Shown here: positions 1 through 13,095 of the stretch, one piece after another
How positions within the stretch are numbered: the stretch's first letter is position 1
Layout: every line of letters starts with the position of its first letter
DNA from: Zootoca vivipara
Lineage: Eukaryota
Direction: 5' to 3'
Length of the DNA: 64,000 bases
NCBI RefSeq assembly: GCF_963506605.1
Contig: NC_083277.1
Location: 54,312,001 to 54,376,000, forward strand
The notes under the pieces: model-generated
What the model saw: the letters and a program-made list of their open reading frames with translations, nothing else
Database searches by the model: none
What the model was told of the DNA's origin: nothing
Program-made: the position numbers and the translations under genes

Positions 1-551
1 TCAATGCTTACAAAGCGATGTCTCTGGAAGTGTGCCTATTATGTGGTCACATGGTGGGGTATATCACATCCATTACAGCATCTGAAAACTCTTTATTTTG
101 ATTCTAAGGCACTCCACATACCAGTTTCTTGTGTGAGGTGGTTTTTCTTTTCTTTGCAAGCTTGTGAATTAGTCTGCAGATGTCATCTGCTAATGTAATT
201 TGCAACCCAAAATAACCAAATTTTGTCACCTTTCCCTGTCGTATGACCTGGAGGAGATTCTAACAAACCTGAACATGTGGTGGAAGTTTTGCTTAAAAGC
301 TCATGTATTCTCCTGTCTCCAATCTTTTTTGTAGAGGAGCAAGTCTTCCTTCTCAATGACTCCCCGCACCCCAAAAATTATCACACACATCCCTCTATAT
401 TCTGAAGGGTGGAAAAAAACATTCCAGGAAAAAACCCACTTTGTTGTGCGGAGCTTCCCGAGGTTTGAAAGGGGTGCTTACAAAATCTACAGTTTTGCTA
501 AGTACACAGAAGGCCAGGGTTTCCGTCACTAACTTCTGCCCACCCCCTCAC

Positions 552-668
552 CTGTCACTTCTTCAGTCACACTGGTCGTCTCACTGGCGCTGCTGTAGTG
601 ACTCAGCACTTCACTAGCTGCGTCGTCATCACTGGCCTGAGACTCCATCTTTGCAATCCGGTGAGCTC
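552..668 (-). CDS. IFRD2: IFRD2 coding exon 2 (GAHRIAKMESQASDDDAASEVLSHYSSASETTSVTEEVT/G); the gene continues left of the window
   Basis: Pyrimidine tract plus TTAG acceptor, G|GTGAGG donor, 117 nt, phase 1-1; SDDDAASE matches the IFRD SDDEAASE / SDEDASIE motif. Confidence 0.85.
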
Positions 669-760
669 CTAAGAGGAAGAGAGGAGAAAAGGTCAGAACA
701 AGTGAGACATTCACCTGTCTGACTTACAGGATGCAGGCTGTGTTTCCCAGAACATACCCT

Positions 761-1282
761 CATAGAATCATAGAGTTGGAAGAGAGCACAGGGGCCATCC
801 AGTCCAACCCCCTGCCAAGCAAGAAACACCATCAAATCATTCCTGACAGATGGCTGTCAAGCCTCTGCTTAAAGACCTCCAAAGAAGGAGACGCCACCAC
901 ACTCCTTGGCAGCAAGTTCCACTGTCGAACAGCTCTTACTGTCAGGAAGTTCTTCCTAATGTTTAGGTGGAATCTTCTTTCTTGTAGTTTGAATCCATTG
1001 CTCCATGTCCGCTTCTCTGGAGCAGCAGAAAACAACCTTTCTCCCTCCTCTATACTGTATGGCATCCCTTAATATATTTGAACATGGCTATCATATCACC
1101 CCTTAACCTTCTCTTCTCCAGGCTAAACATGCCTAGCTCCCTAAGCCGTTCCTCATAAGGCATTGTTTCCAGGCCTTTGACCATTTTGGTTGCCCTCCTC
1201 TGGACACATTCCAGCTTGTCAGTATCCTTCTTGAACTGTGGTGCCTAGAACTGGACACAGTACTCCAGGTGAGGTCTGACCC
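761..1282 (-). mobile_element. CR1 LINE, 5'-truncated 3' fragment
   Basis: Reverse-strand RT C-terminus ([20 protein letters not shown]) and ATTCTATG tail. Confidence 0.93.
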
Positions 1283-1828
1283 TATCTGAAGAATGTGGAG
1301 CATGAGACAGGGTCTTCCTTTTCCCTACCTGTGACCAAGGGGGATTACAGATGACTACTGGTATTTGCAAAGAAGGAATTTATCATGGTATGAAATCCAC
1401 CACTTAACAAGCTAAGTGCTCACTCAAAGTAGACGAGCTATTTGCCACACTTCTACACCGAATCAGAAATCTGGGAAAGCAGGAGCACAGAAAGCGGCAA
1501 TATATGTCAGACCATTGTCCTATCTAGCTCAGTGTTGTCTGCACTGATTGGCAGCTGCTCTCCAGTGTTTCAGACGGAAATCTTTCCCAGCTGGACAATG
1601 AGGTCCAGCTCCGAGGGCCTTCTGGCAGTTCCCTCACTGTGAGAAGTGAGGTTACAGGGAACCAGGCAGAGGGCCTTCTCAGTAGTGGCACCCACCCTGT
1701 GGAACGCCCTCCCACCAGAAGTCAAAGGAGATAAACAACTATCTGACTTTTAGAAGACACATGAAGGCAGCCGTGTTTAGGGAAATTTTTAATGTTGGAT
1801 GTTTTTATCGTGTTTTTAATATTCTGTT

Positions 1829-2179
1829 GGGACCCAGGTGGCTCTGTGGGTTAAACCACTAAGCCTAGGGCTTGCTGATCAGAAGGTCAGCGGTTCGAAT
1901 CCCTGTGGCGGGGTGAGCTCCCGTTGCTCGGTCCCAGCTCCTGCCAACCTAGCAGTTCGAAAGCACATCAAAATGCAAGTAGATAAATAGGAACCGCTAC
2001 AGCGGGAAGGTAAACGACGTTTCCGTGTGCTGCTCTGGTTTGCCAGAAGTGGCTTTGTCATGCTGGCCACATGACCTGGAAACTATACACCAGCTCCCTC
2101 GGCCAATAATGCGAGATGAGCGCCGCAACCCCAGAGTCGGTCATGACTGGACCTAATGGTCAGGGGTCCCTTTACCTTT
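1829..2179 (+). mobile_element. Sauria SINE inserted in an L2-like 3' end
   Basis: tRNA-like head GGTTCGAATCC, (ACCTTT) tail, TSD AATATTCTGTT. Confidence 0.88.
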
Positions 2180-2389
2180 AATATTCTGTTGGGAGCTGCC
2201 CAGAGGATGATGATGATGATTTGGAGATGCAAAGGACTGAACCCGAGACATATATTTTACCACTAAGTTATGGCCCTTGTCTAATCTTCACCATTTGGCA
2301 GGACAATGCCGTGGAACCCATACAGATAACCATTTTGTTTACTTTGCACTTGCGCAGAAACAACTTTCTCGCCATGTTCTAGGATAACA

Positions 2390-2608
2390 AAGTCATACCT
2401 CGGCTCCCAAACGCCTTGGGAGTCGAGCGTTCCAACTCCCAAATGATTGAAAACTGGAAGCGAGTGTTCTGGTTTCCGAACGTTTTGTTTTCAGCCGAAC
2501 GTTTGGCACAGCTTCCGCTATTGTTTATGGCACACCTGCGTTTCTGAACGTTTCAGAAGTTGAAGAGACTTCTGGAACGGATTCTGTTTGACTTCCGAGG
2601 TATGACTG
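2390..2608. mobile_element. TcMar/Tigger-type MITE
   Basis: AGTCATACCTCGG...CCGAGGTATGACTG-TA. Confidence 0.75.
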
Positions 2609-2895
2609 TACAGACAAACAAGCAACTGCAGAATGGTTTGGTTATATGGGCTCATATGCCCTATCAAGTAGTTACATGCATACTGTGATATGCTGTTGCC
2701 TAGTAAGTGATCATCTGTATGCACCCCAACTTGTTAACTGTGTGTGCATTTCCTTTCTAAACAACAACCAAAATGGCACCTTCATTTTAACCAACTATGC
2801 TTCTTTTTGTTGTAAAGAACAAGTCCAAGATGCTTCTATGAAACCTCAATCTCACAAGCTCCACTGAACAATGATACTGTCCAAGACTGTACTAC

Positions 2896-3108
2896 ATTCC
2901 ACCTAAACATTAGGAAGAACTTCCTGACAGTAAGAGCTGTTCGGCAGTGGAATTTGCTACCAAGGAGTGTGGTGGAGTCTCCTTCTTTGGAGGTCTTTAA
3001 GCAGAGGCCTGACAGGCATATGTCAAGAATGATTGATAGTGTTTCCTGCTTGGCAGGGGGTTGGACTGGATGGCCCTTGTGGTCTCTTCCAACTCTATGA
3101 TTCTATGA
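2896..3108 (+). mobile_element. CR1 LINE 3' end
   Basis: Same family; ATTCTATG tail. Confidence 0.9.
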
Positions 3109-3416
3109 CATAAGCCTTAATGGTAAAGAGAGCTAGGGCAGTTCCGCTGCAGAAAAACTGCAGTCAACTGTCAGGAAGGGAACGGTGGACAACCCTGTTT
3201 TCCCACTCACCTAAAGCAAGACGAGTGGCCAAATCCCTTGACATCCCTGGATAGCTATTAGCCAGCTACTTAGCCTTTGGTTAAAGTCAGCACTGTCAGC
3301 TTCGACACACCCTACTGATAAATGTTCAAGGCCTGGACCAGGAGATAATCAGAACCATATGGAAGGGGATGAAGGGGCCCCCCTTTTAACCCTTTCTGAC
3401 TTTAAGGGACCAGAGC

Positions 3417-4020
3417 TTTTAAAAAATTGTTTTATTTGCTTGAAGCTTTAACAAGGAACAGAAAAGAGAAAGAAAAAAATAAGCAAACTCTGGAAAAAAG
3501 AGAAAATAATAATATACTGTTAACAAATTGCAATCTATTCCCACTGCAAATACAATGCCCATCAATACATGGATTTTAAAATAGACATGCAAGTTAATAT
3601 AAGCCTTCGACACATCCAAACAGGTATCTGCATGAGATTGGCGCCTATATCAAATATGTTTGAAAGTAAGGTCTCTAAACCATTGTGTAATAGATGGTGG
3701 ATAGCAAAAAAGTATAAGTTTCTTAGCCACCATAAGGACTCAAAGCCCACTTTTGTTATTCAACCATTAATCCCCAAATGGTTAAAATCTGAATATGAAG
3801 GAACCATTCATTCGTACAATTTAGGAGAAAGGTATAAAATTCTAATTCCCTTCATAAATTCCTGAGGAAATCCAAATTTTTACAAAGCAACAAATAAAAA
3901 CTGCCAATATATTTTGTCAAGTGATTTTTCAGAACCCAAAGAAATAAGTTGAGTCGGATCCATTCTAGAACTATTTAAAGCTACCAGGAAAAGACGCTTG
4001 GGTAAATTCATAGTTATTAT
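3417..4020 (-). mobile_element. L1/Tx1-like LINE fragment
   Basis: Abrupt AT-rich block resembling a LINE ORF2 C-terminus; weak. Confidence 0.4.
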
Positions 4021-4502
4021 TGATTGTTTTCAGAGAGAAATAAACAGAAGTAGCCAAGTTTGTGAAGCGAGTGGTTAAGAAAATGGAGTATCGTGGAGAA
4101 GGCAAAAACATAATAGTACAGCTTCAGTGTGTTAGTTTATTTGTTTCACCCATAGGCTATGATAAAATTGCAAAACCAAAACAACCTAGAGCTGCTACAA
4201 TCCATACGCACAGAGCACAACTTCATAAAATGCATGATTAAATTCAGATTGATCCAAATGACATAAAAGCACAGAGGGGTTAAAACCAGGTCTCATTTCA
4301 GCCAGGGTTGCAGCACAGGTAACCTTTGGCATGACCTTGTTGTAATCTGCAAATAAAATTAATTCTCATCTCTTCTGCAAGTTTGACCAGGGATCTCAAT
4401 TCTTCAATAACTGGAGGAAGAACTTTCCTCCCCTCACCCCCCCCCCCCGACAGTTAGTAGGCAGGTAAAGAAATGGCACAGAATATTCCCAGGCAGCTAT
4501 TA

Positions 4503-4645
4503 ACTGGGATAGCTCAGTCGGTAGAGCATGAGACTCTTAATCTCAGATCATGAGTTTGAACCCCATGTTAAGCAAATGATTCCTGCATTGCAGGGTGTTG
4601 GACTAGATGACCCTTGTGGTTCCTTCCAACTCTAGGATTCTATGG
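4503..4645 (+). mobile_element. tRNA-Lys-derived SINE with a CR1-type 3' tail
   Basis: TAGCTCAGTCGGTAGAGCATGAGACTCTTAATCTCAG head followed by TTCCAACTCTAGGATTCTATG. Confidence 0.8.
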
Positions 4646-5915
4646 TTCTCTCTAGTCTTATATTGGGGAAGGCATCGGGTAACCAACCAAACGGGGACTC
4701 CAGATTTTCAGACAGAAATACAGGACAGAGAAAAGCTGGGCCTGATGCACGCTTACAAGCAATCTATATGGGACCAGAAATGATAGCCATGTAGGAAGCT
4801 TGAGGTGATAGTTACATATGCCAAAATCCACCATCAAACCACCTCAGTCCCAAGGGGGAGGGGAAACATGTTGAAAATTCAATGTCTACACCAGCATTTT
4901 CCAACCTGGTACCCTCTAGCTGTTGCCAACTACAACTCCCATTATCCTCTAGAGGGCACCAGATTGGGGAAGGGTGGTCTACACTATCACCGTTGCTATT
5001 TATCATTTGTGTGCAAATTACTTTATTATGCTTCTAAGCTTCCTGTCCCGTCCCCCATCTTCATCACTGTCATTCAACACTCCTGACAGACACATGGAGA
5101 ACCCAGGCAAAGGGAACGACACTCAGTGCCACTGAGTGTGGCCTTGAATAAACTTGAATTCCAGCAGATGCTTCACAGGTCCAAGTTCACACTCCCAACT
5201 GTTGAACTGTATCAGCAGCTAATCAAAATCACACCGGACTGGACCAACAACTGTGTTAATTTCATTCCTGCTGCAGCAGAATGTCTGCCCACATATCACA
5301 GCAGTTGCCTTACCCTGACGGACAGGTGCAAAGGTTCCTAGGCAGGGCACCCTGGAGCAGCTGAGCCGCCTGAGAGAGTTCTGTCACCTCAGCCAGCCCC
5401 AAGCAGAAGCCAAGGAGGAAGCAGCCTTGGAAGGCAGCCAAGCTGCGATGCTGGGCCACCCGTCCTTCCCCTGCTCTGCTCGCAGAAACTGTGATCCATT
5501 AGGCTGGATCCATTAGCCCAAATGTGTTGGTGGGGATTAGCATGGAACAACAAAGATGCTGCCATGATAGTGTCAAACAAGCTACCATAGACAGACGAGC
5601 TTTTAATTTATTTATTTTTAAAGCACAGAAAGCAAGCCCAATGCAGAACTTCACAGAAAAGTGAGGCTGTTGTTACAGCTGGCAGACAATGGCTCAGTCA
5701 AACCACTCGGAACAATTTAACAGCGTTGTTTCAGACGTCACGTTTGTAGAAAAGCACTGCTGTGCCTAACGAAATGTGTTAGGACATCCTGGTTTTTGGG
5801 TTGCACAAGAGACCGAATCTGTTTGCTATCTTCTATTAAAAACAGCAGAGTCGTGGAAATGCCAAAGACTGAAAAATACAAGGCTAGAAAAGGACAAGGA
5901 GTGAGGCTTTTAGGG

Positions 5916-6756
5916 CATGGGTGGGCAAACTAAGGTCCGTGGGCCGGATCAGGCCCAAATGCTTTCTAGATCTGGCCCGCGGACGGTCTGGGAATCCAGG
6001 CAGCCGGCATAACGCGCACAATGGTTTTTGTAACTCAGCCAAGCTTTGGGGTCAAAAGTGAGGCGGGTGGCTGCTCGAGACAAGCCCCTTCTCCGTCCAC
6101 TGCACGCAGCAATATTTTCTTCCGGAGTGGGGGGTAGGGAAGAGGGAAAAGGAGCCACAGTTCGGATTTCCACCATGGAGCTGCCGGCGACTGACCTCAG
6201 GAAGGGCAGATGCAGCGGCAGGGGCTCGGAGGCCCCTCGGGAGCAACACCTACCGGTGTCTGTGGTGCTCCTCACCGAAGGAAGCGGGGAGCGCCTGAGC
6301 GGCTGCACTCCGAAGCACTTATGCACTCTAGCTACACAGTGCTAGCCATGGAAAGGTAAATAGCAGCTGCCTTGTCTTCCTTCACGCAGGGAAAAGAACG
6401 TTTTTGCTTGAGCGGCGCCAGCGTGACTAAGTGTGGCCAACGGCTTTTCCCTTCACCCATGCATGTGCACACGCGCTCTAGGGCTGACAGGAATGGCGCG
6501 CTTACCTCAACCCCCCACCCAACCTTACGAGAGAAATAGTAACTGTCAACGCATAAAACCCAAAAGAAGCAGTGTGGGTGTATGAGAGAACACCCTCCGC
6601 CAAAAAAAAAAAAGCACATTTGGGCAACGATGTGGTTGCTCCCCATAAGGGTTTTTGCCAAAAATGTGGGTCATAATCATGGCAACACATAGTCGGTCCC
6701 CCCAAGGTCTGAGGGACAGTGGACCAGCCCCTGCTGAAAATATTTGCTGACCCCTG
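5916..6756 (-). mobile_element. 841-bp non-autonomous hAT element (resembles the OC1/nhAT1 group)
   Basis: TSD TTTTAGGG / CTTTAGGG; ends CATGGGTGGGCAAACTAAGG and TTTGCTGACCCCTG. Confidence 0.8.
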
Positions 6757-7764
6757 CTTTAGGGCTATGGCAGAAGGGAGCAGAGAGAGAGGAGGAGGAA
6801 AGGGAATTTGATTCCTGCCCCCTTGCAGCCAGCTAGACTGCAAAATAGCTGGGATGCTAAACACTACTGAATCATCAGCCAAAGCAGCAGGCGTTGCTTG
6901 CTGAGCAGGCATGACATCAAGGGAGCAGCCACTTAAGGGTTAAGAGGCTTCTGGCTCAAAGCCCCATACAAGGAGAGGGCTGCACTGGTGGCACCAGCCA
7001 GATGAAAGCAGATTGCTGAGTACACAGCTGGGCCCCACAATGAACAGGGCAGCATGGCCGCACCCAGGAAGGGAGGCTGGAGCAAGCATTCTGCACCGCC
7101 AACTCCAGGGGTTGCTAGCTGCCAATAAGGAACGCAGGCACTCCAGCCCCAAAACAGGCAACAGGGCAAAGGGTTCAGTCTCACACGGTATCCCTCGCAA
7201 GAAGAATAATTTACCAGCAAAACTAGCCGGGGGGGGGGGGCAGAGGTGCATGTGCGAACTTTAACATACTCATCCAGCTGAGGTTGTGTTTATTCAGAGA
7301 GGCTGCAAATGCTTTGCTCCGCAGATGCCAAAAGAACAGTACATTGAGTTCTGCCCAGCTGCAAGGAGAGAGTGGCTTTGCACCATTCGGGGGTTGGGGT
7401 GGCTCCTGAAGGCATGTCAGGGTAGCCCTCGCCAACACCTTCATGCCACCCAGTGCAGCCTAATCCAATTAAGCCTCAAATCTACTCCCGCCTTAAGGAG
7501 TGTGATTAAAGGCAGCTGTGGCTTCAGACTGCCAAGCCAGCTTTCCCTCCTTTCCACCCACCCCCATCTGCTTTGCTTAACACCCAGCCTGATGAGGTGT
7601 TTTGAATCACTTAAAAGCCACCTCGCTATTTTGTGAGTCCTAATAAAGGAATTGTCTTCTTACTGGTTTGGGGATTTTTCTAGTGGGCCGGCACTGCTGC
7701 CTCAGCTTTTCCAATGCTAATTGCTTCACTGGGGTTGGGAATTTCACGGAGACTGTTGGCTGGG

Positions 7765-7955
7765 GAAGAAGAAGAAGAGTTTGGATTTGATACCCCGCTT
7801 TATCACTACCCGAAGGAGTCTCAAAGCGGCTAACATTCTCCTTTCCCGTCCTCCCCCACAACAAACACTCTGTGAGGTGAGTGAGGCTGAGAGACTTCAA
7901 AGAAGTGTGACTAGCCCAAGGTCACCCAGCAGCTGCATGTGGAGGAGCGGAGAGC
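7765..7955 (-). mobile_element. SINE 3' portion (MIR/L2-tailed type)
   Basis: (GAA)n tail and CCCAAGGTCACCCAGC core. Confidence 0.6.
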
Positions 7956-10006
7956 TTGCATTTCCCTTTGCTTTGTGCTGACCCTGGTACCTACCTCTTC
8001 CTACTCTTTAATTTTTAAACACAAAGCCCGTGATTACTAATCACATGCATAACATGGCGCGTAGTTAGGTTCTAGTGTAGATCATGTCTCTAGCACTCTT
8101 TTCTTTCACCACACTCTTGGGCATGTGGTATTTGCCTTGACTAGGCCTCTGGTGTACTCCTGTCAAGAGCAGCCTATTGGAAAGCAAAAGGCCAGGATTC
8201 TTAGGTGGCAAAGACTTACAAGCTCAGGAGATAAAGATAGACTATGCAAATAAAACAGGTTAAGACTCACAGAACAGAATCCAGCATATCCTTAACCCTC
8301 CCACTGAAATCAACAGGATATAAAAATGCTTAGCACTCACTGTGCCTTTCCCTTGCCTAGAGCAAATGTTTTCTGTAAAGCAATACATGGGTGTTAGATA
8401 GAGCAGGGATGAGGGACTGCAGGCCTTCAGGTATTGCTGGACTGCAGCTCCCAACCATTCCTGGCTACTGGCCATGCATGATGGAGCTGATGGGAATCCA
8501 GCATCTCTAGAGGCAGAGAAAGGGAGGCTAAAAAAGGGACATTTGGAGAGTGGGAGGGAAACTTACTGAGATGAGTTTGGGAGGCAGCTCCAGTGTAAAA
8601 GGCTTACTTGACAAAATACAAGAAGAGACAAAATGGTGGTTTCTAAATGAGGACATTTCTGTAAGGGAATTGGCTTTCTCTTTTTAGGATACTGTCACAG
8701 ACCTCTTAAATAGAAAAGCATAGGGTATATCTCACCATACAGCCAACCCAACTAAAATACTGTAATTCAAAGAGAGGCAGCCAACAAAATAAAGAGCATC
8801 CACACACTGAACTAAAAGACTTAGGTGCATAAAATGTTTTTACCTGGTGCTTAAAACACAACACTGGGTGTTGGGCATACAGACCTAGGACAGGCAACCC
8901 ACAGGCACACAGCCACCACAGAAAAGGCCTGTCATCTTAGGAATAAGGGGAGAAAAGAACAGTTTCAACTGTTCTGTCTGAAAACGTAAGGAAGCCTGAG
9001 ATCTGTTTCACGTAGTCCATGCCAGACAGCAGCCTGACTGCTGTATTTTAAACAAAATCAGCCTTCCGAGAGTTCTTTCACCCCACAAATAATGCAAGGC
9101 AGTAGCCAAGCCAAAGATGCTACTCGAGCATGGATAACTGTGGCCAGGCTATTGTCGATTGCCACAGTACAAAGAGGCTTCGATTTCCAAAAGGTTTCTA
9201 GAACAACAACACACGCTGCAAGCACTGCCTTCACAATAACATTCTAAGAAGACCTACTTGAGCATGGCAGCACCCAGGATATGCATGCTTCCAGACTTGT
9301 TACATAAGCAGCATCAGCAAAGTTGACACCACAGTCAAGCTGAAAGCAGATGCTGATTCCCAGAGAGTTCCACAGCACACAGGTAAGAAGCAGGTGCTTC
9401 TCCCACTGCTGATGTCAAAAAGCAAACATAAAAGGACTGGGACACTTACAGCTGTGTGTTCTTAGTGGCAAACAAATTTGTTTAGTACACCTGCAAAGGT
9501 CACAAAGTGCTATGTTTCTTTCTCCCTCCCCCACCCACTCACCGCATTCTAGGCAATTTTTAAAGCAGCACAGTGTGCCTTTAAAAAAAAAACACACACA
9601 CACAATGCAAAGCCACCCTTCCACAAATGTAATTGTTTCCAACCCTCCAGAAAGACTCTGTTGGCTAATTTCACTTTATTGTGCCACCCACAATAGAAAT
9701 TTTGCCTAGATGGCTAGCAATGCTGTTTGGCCCACTGAGCCATACACTGGCCTGGCCTGGGCTATACCAGAAGGTACACAGAAGTCACGCAGCGGGTAAT
9801 TCCAGCCAAGGATTATAATTTTACACAGGGGTTGACCAGCGTGAGATACAGTCAATCCAGGTGTCTACAGACTTTGAAGAATTAAACACAGGATAATAAA
9901 GCTACCGTAATGCATGTCTTCTATAATTGCACACTCTCCCGTATTTGCTCTGTTACATCTTATAACTTGAAGCTGTCTGGACACAAACAGCTTAGATTAC
10001 TTAGAG

Positions 10007-10142
10007 CAATGGTCCTCAACCTTGGGCCTCCAGATGTTTTTGGCCTACAACTCCCATGATCCCTAGCTAGCAGGACCAGTGGTCAGGGATGATGGGAATT
10101 GTAGTCTCAAAACATCTGGAGGCCCAAGGTTGAGGACCACTG
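10007..10142. mobile_element. 136-bp palindromic hAT MITE with the same core as 61937-62072
   Basis: TSD ACTTAGAG on both sides; TIR CA(A/G)TGGTCCTCAACCTTGGGCCTCCAGATG. Confidence 0.9.
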
Positions 10143-11510
10143 ACTTAGAGCATTATCACTCCAATTCTCACTCTGGATTTCTCAGTGGGAGAGGAGCTAT
10201 GTTCACAGTTCTCAAGGTTGTTCCAGTTTCATGTGTAGCAGTAAATAGGAACTACTCAGTGGCGGCCCATGGCTGTAAAATAATTTTCTAGTTGAGCAAT
10301 GTTAAGGTCCCATCACTGGAGGCCTTTAAGAGCCATTTGTTTAAAACTGCCTTCTCTCTATCTCTCTTAAACAGAGGAATTAATTTTAAGCTGCTTATCT
10401 GATTTTATATTTTTTACTGGAAATGTTTGTGATTTGAATGACCAACAGTAACACTAATTTGGTAATGTTATTGCATCTATGTAACAGATTATCGACTACA
10501 CATTGGAATTTTTTATGCCGGAAGCTCCTTTGAGAAAGTTTGACCCTGAGTTTGAGCCTATTATTTGCTTTAAATAAACACTTCAAAGAACACAGTCGTC
10601 AAATGGTTGTTATAAGAAAGCAAAGCATCTGATAAGAGATTTACACCAAAGTATATAACATATGGTTAGCTTCTTTTTGGACTTGGAAGCTAGAAAGTTT
10701 AACCATCACTCTTTGTAGCCTAGATGTTTCCGAGGTACAAAAACTATGCCAGGACTGTACTATTTCAGGCTGCCACCAGACTGAATGCCCCTCTATGCAG
10801 AGCAATTTAATTTTTTCTCCCTTATTTTCTATGTACAGAGAACTGTCTTACATGTCTGGGGTCACTAACTTTTTTAAGCCGTTGGGCACATTTGGATTTT
10901 TGAGCACATGCAATAGGCACCACCCCTAAAGTCACTTCTCTTATCTCCTTCAGATCAGCCTCCCCTCTGCTTCCCCCCCCCCAAGTCAAAAAGAGTGCAA
11001 ACACACACTTTGCTTTTACAAGGGTAAATATGAGATTGAGTAGAATTAATCTGAGCCTTGAAAAGACACAAGCTTGGAAGTACTGTAGGTACGTAGGAAG
11101 CTGCCTTATATACAGAGTCAGGCCAGCTGTCCATCTAGCTCAATATTATCTACACTGACTGGCAGCAGCTTCATCCATCTCATGACCCATCCATGGGACT
11201 TATAAGAGAGGTGCACCAGGGGAAGAGCACCACTGCCAGGATAGGTAAGCACCACGCTGGCAACCCGATAGGGGTGGTGGTAAATTATGGGATCTCACCT
11301 ACCTGAAGTAGTATGGACCACAAAACAGGTTTACAACCTCAGTAAGAACTAAGACTGCAACAGCAGTGATCTAACTCTTTGACTTCCATCACAGAACAAA
11401 CAGGAAAAGCTCAGTATCCAACTGTAAGACAAGCTAGATGAGCAAGCAAATGGAGAGAAGGGTGAGCCCACGTGCCTGAACTGTGGCTTACAAGTAGCCA
11501 AGCTATACTA

Positions 11511-11775
11511 CAGTGGTGCCTCGCTTAACGAATGCCCTGCTTAACGAAATTTTCGCTTAACGAAAGGTTTTTTCTAGCGGAGGTTGCCTCGCTAGACGAA
11601 TTCGTTTTCGTCTAGCGAATCGCGGTTTCCCATAGGAATGCATTGAAATTCAATTAATGCGTTCCTATGGGCAAAAAAAAATTCAATGGATTCCTATGGG
11701 ATTCGCTAGACGAATTTTTTCGTTATAAGAAAAGACCCGTGGAACAAATTAAATTCGTCTAGCGAGGCACCACTG
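11511..11775. mobile_element. TcMar/Tigger-type MITE
   Basis: TA duplications; TIR CAGTGGTGCCTCGCT. Confidence 0.88.
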
Positions 11776-12924
11776 TACCAGTATATAAAAGCAACAAGTC
11801 CTAAGCAAGGGCATTCTTTCTTACTAACTGGCCAAAGAAATCAGGAAACGGCAATCAGTTTATCATATGGATTAATCAGATGCATCCCTATTTGCCCCAG
11901 GAACTGCTCCGAGGTTAGAAAGTGGCAACCAGAGGATATGGAATAAGCATTTCAGAACAAATGTATGCTATAGGAACATGCAATTACTTCTGTCGTGTTT
12001 CTTTCCACCTTCCTCTTATCTGGAAGGCTTAATTTGTGGCTTATTGTTTTCCATTGCTCAATTGTTATAGGCAGCCTTGCTGGATCATAACAAAGTCCCA
12101 TAAAGGACAATCTCATGCTACCCAGAGAGGACAACCAGATGCCTCTGGGAAGCCCAGCAGCAAAGGCCAAAGCCACTTTGGGAGTTTCAAAAGCATTTGC
12201 ACAGCAGGGCAAAACAGGAAGCCTGAACGCATGTGCTTCGCCTCGCACGCACGGGGGTGCATGCACATGAGACAGAGATACACGTGTCACTTTCGGAAAC
12301 ACCGCCAGGGCTTTACACGTCGGACTAAAGCCCTTTTGGCACTCCGCTCTGCAGTGAAGCGCGGCAGCAGGAAGTGAGAAAGGGAAAGGCGCCTTGGGAC
12401 GGGATGTGCAACTGGAGAACGAGGAAACAGAAAAGCCGGGCGGCTTCTCTAAAAGGCCACGTGGTAAGGGGTTGGGGACAGCCGTGCTCCCAATGAGCCT
12501 GGAGACCACCCAGACTCTCAGTGAAGCCGAGAGCCCCCCGCCCCCTTCGAAATGCCTTCATTAGAGCAGCTCCGATCGGGAGGCTCCCGCTTCTCTAGTC
12601 GAGGCGCGGAGGCTGCCTGGGCAGCTGCCTACTGAGCCCTCCTCGTACCCGGTTCCCACATCAACCCCCGGGCCCTTCCGCGGAAGAGAGAAACTGGTCT
12701 GGACGGAGGAGGCAGAGATCTGCCTCGCAGGAGAGCGCGCGCCAACCTCGTCCGGACACGCGGCGCAACAGCTGTCCGGGATCCCCAGGCGAAGCAGAAG
12801 AAGCAGAAGCGCGCGCGGACCAAGCGCCTGATCCGAATTTCTATTTCTCCTAAGCAGAGTGACTCCCGCGCCCGCCACCCCACCTCCGGCCAAACCCCGG
12901 CAGCCCCCGACTCCCCGTGCTCAC

Positions 12925-12970
12925 CTCGGCCGCCCCGGCGGGCTCCGTCGCCCCGGCGTGAGCGGGGCAT
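12925..12970 (-). CDS. IFRD2: IFRD2 coding exon 1 (MPRSRRGDGARRGGR/G)
   Basis: ATG at 12970 in gccATG context inside a CpG island; 46 nt, then donor G|GTGAGC; the Arg/Gly-rich start resembles vertebrate IFRD2 (MPRARKG...RRGGG); phase 1 joins exon 2 in frame. Confidence 0.85.
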
Positions 12971-12996
12971 GGCCGGGCTGGGCGGGCGGGCGGTTA

Positions 12997-13095
12997 TCAG
13001 GAGGCGGCTGGGGGCCGGCAGGAATCTCTGCGCTGCTGCGGGTTGACGGGGCCGGTCGCTGCCTGACGAGGGAACCACGCCGCTTGCTCCACCAT
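12997..13095 (-). other. Upstream ORF in the IFRD2 5' leader (32 aa, MVEQAAWFPRQAATGPVNPQQRRDSCRPPAAS*)
   Basis: AAG-ATG-G strong Kozak context; out of frame with IFRD2; ends TGA TAA, with the TGA 26 nt before the main ATG. Confidence 0.6.

Noticed and set aside
60-180. Possible IFRD2 exon 3 (minus-strand YVECL resembles YVDCL)
   Set aside because: The surrounding sequence does not match IFRD2 and a stop follows; exon 3 is probably outside the window
4503-4575. Apparent tRNA-Lys(CTT) gene
   Set aside because: Degenerate acceptor and T arms, fused to a CR1 tail and present in several copies: a SINE head
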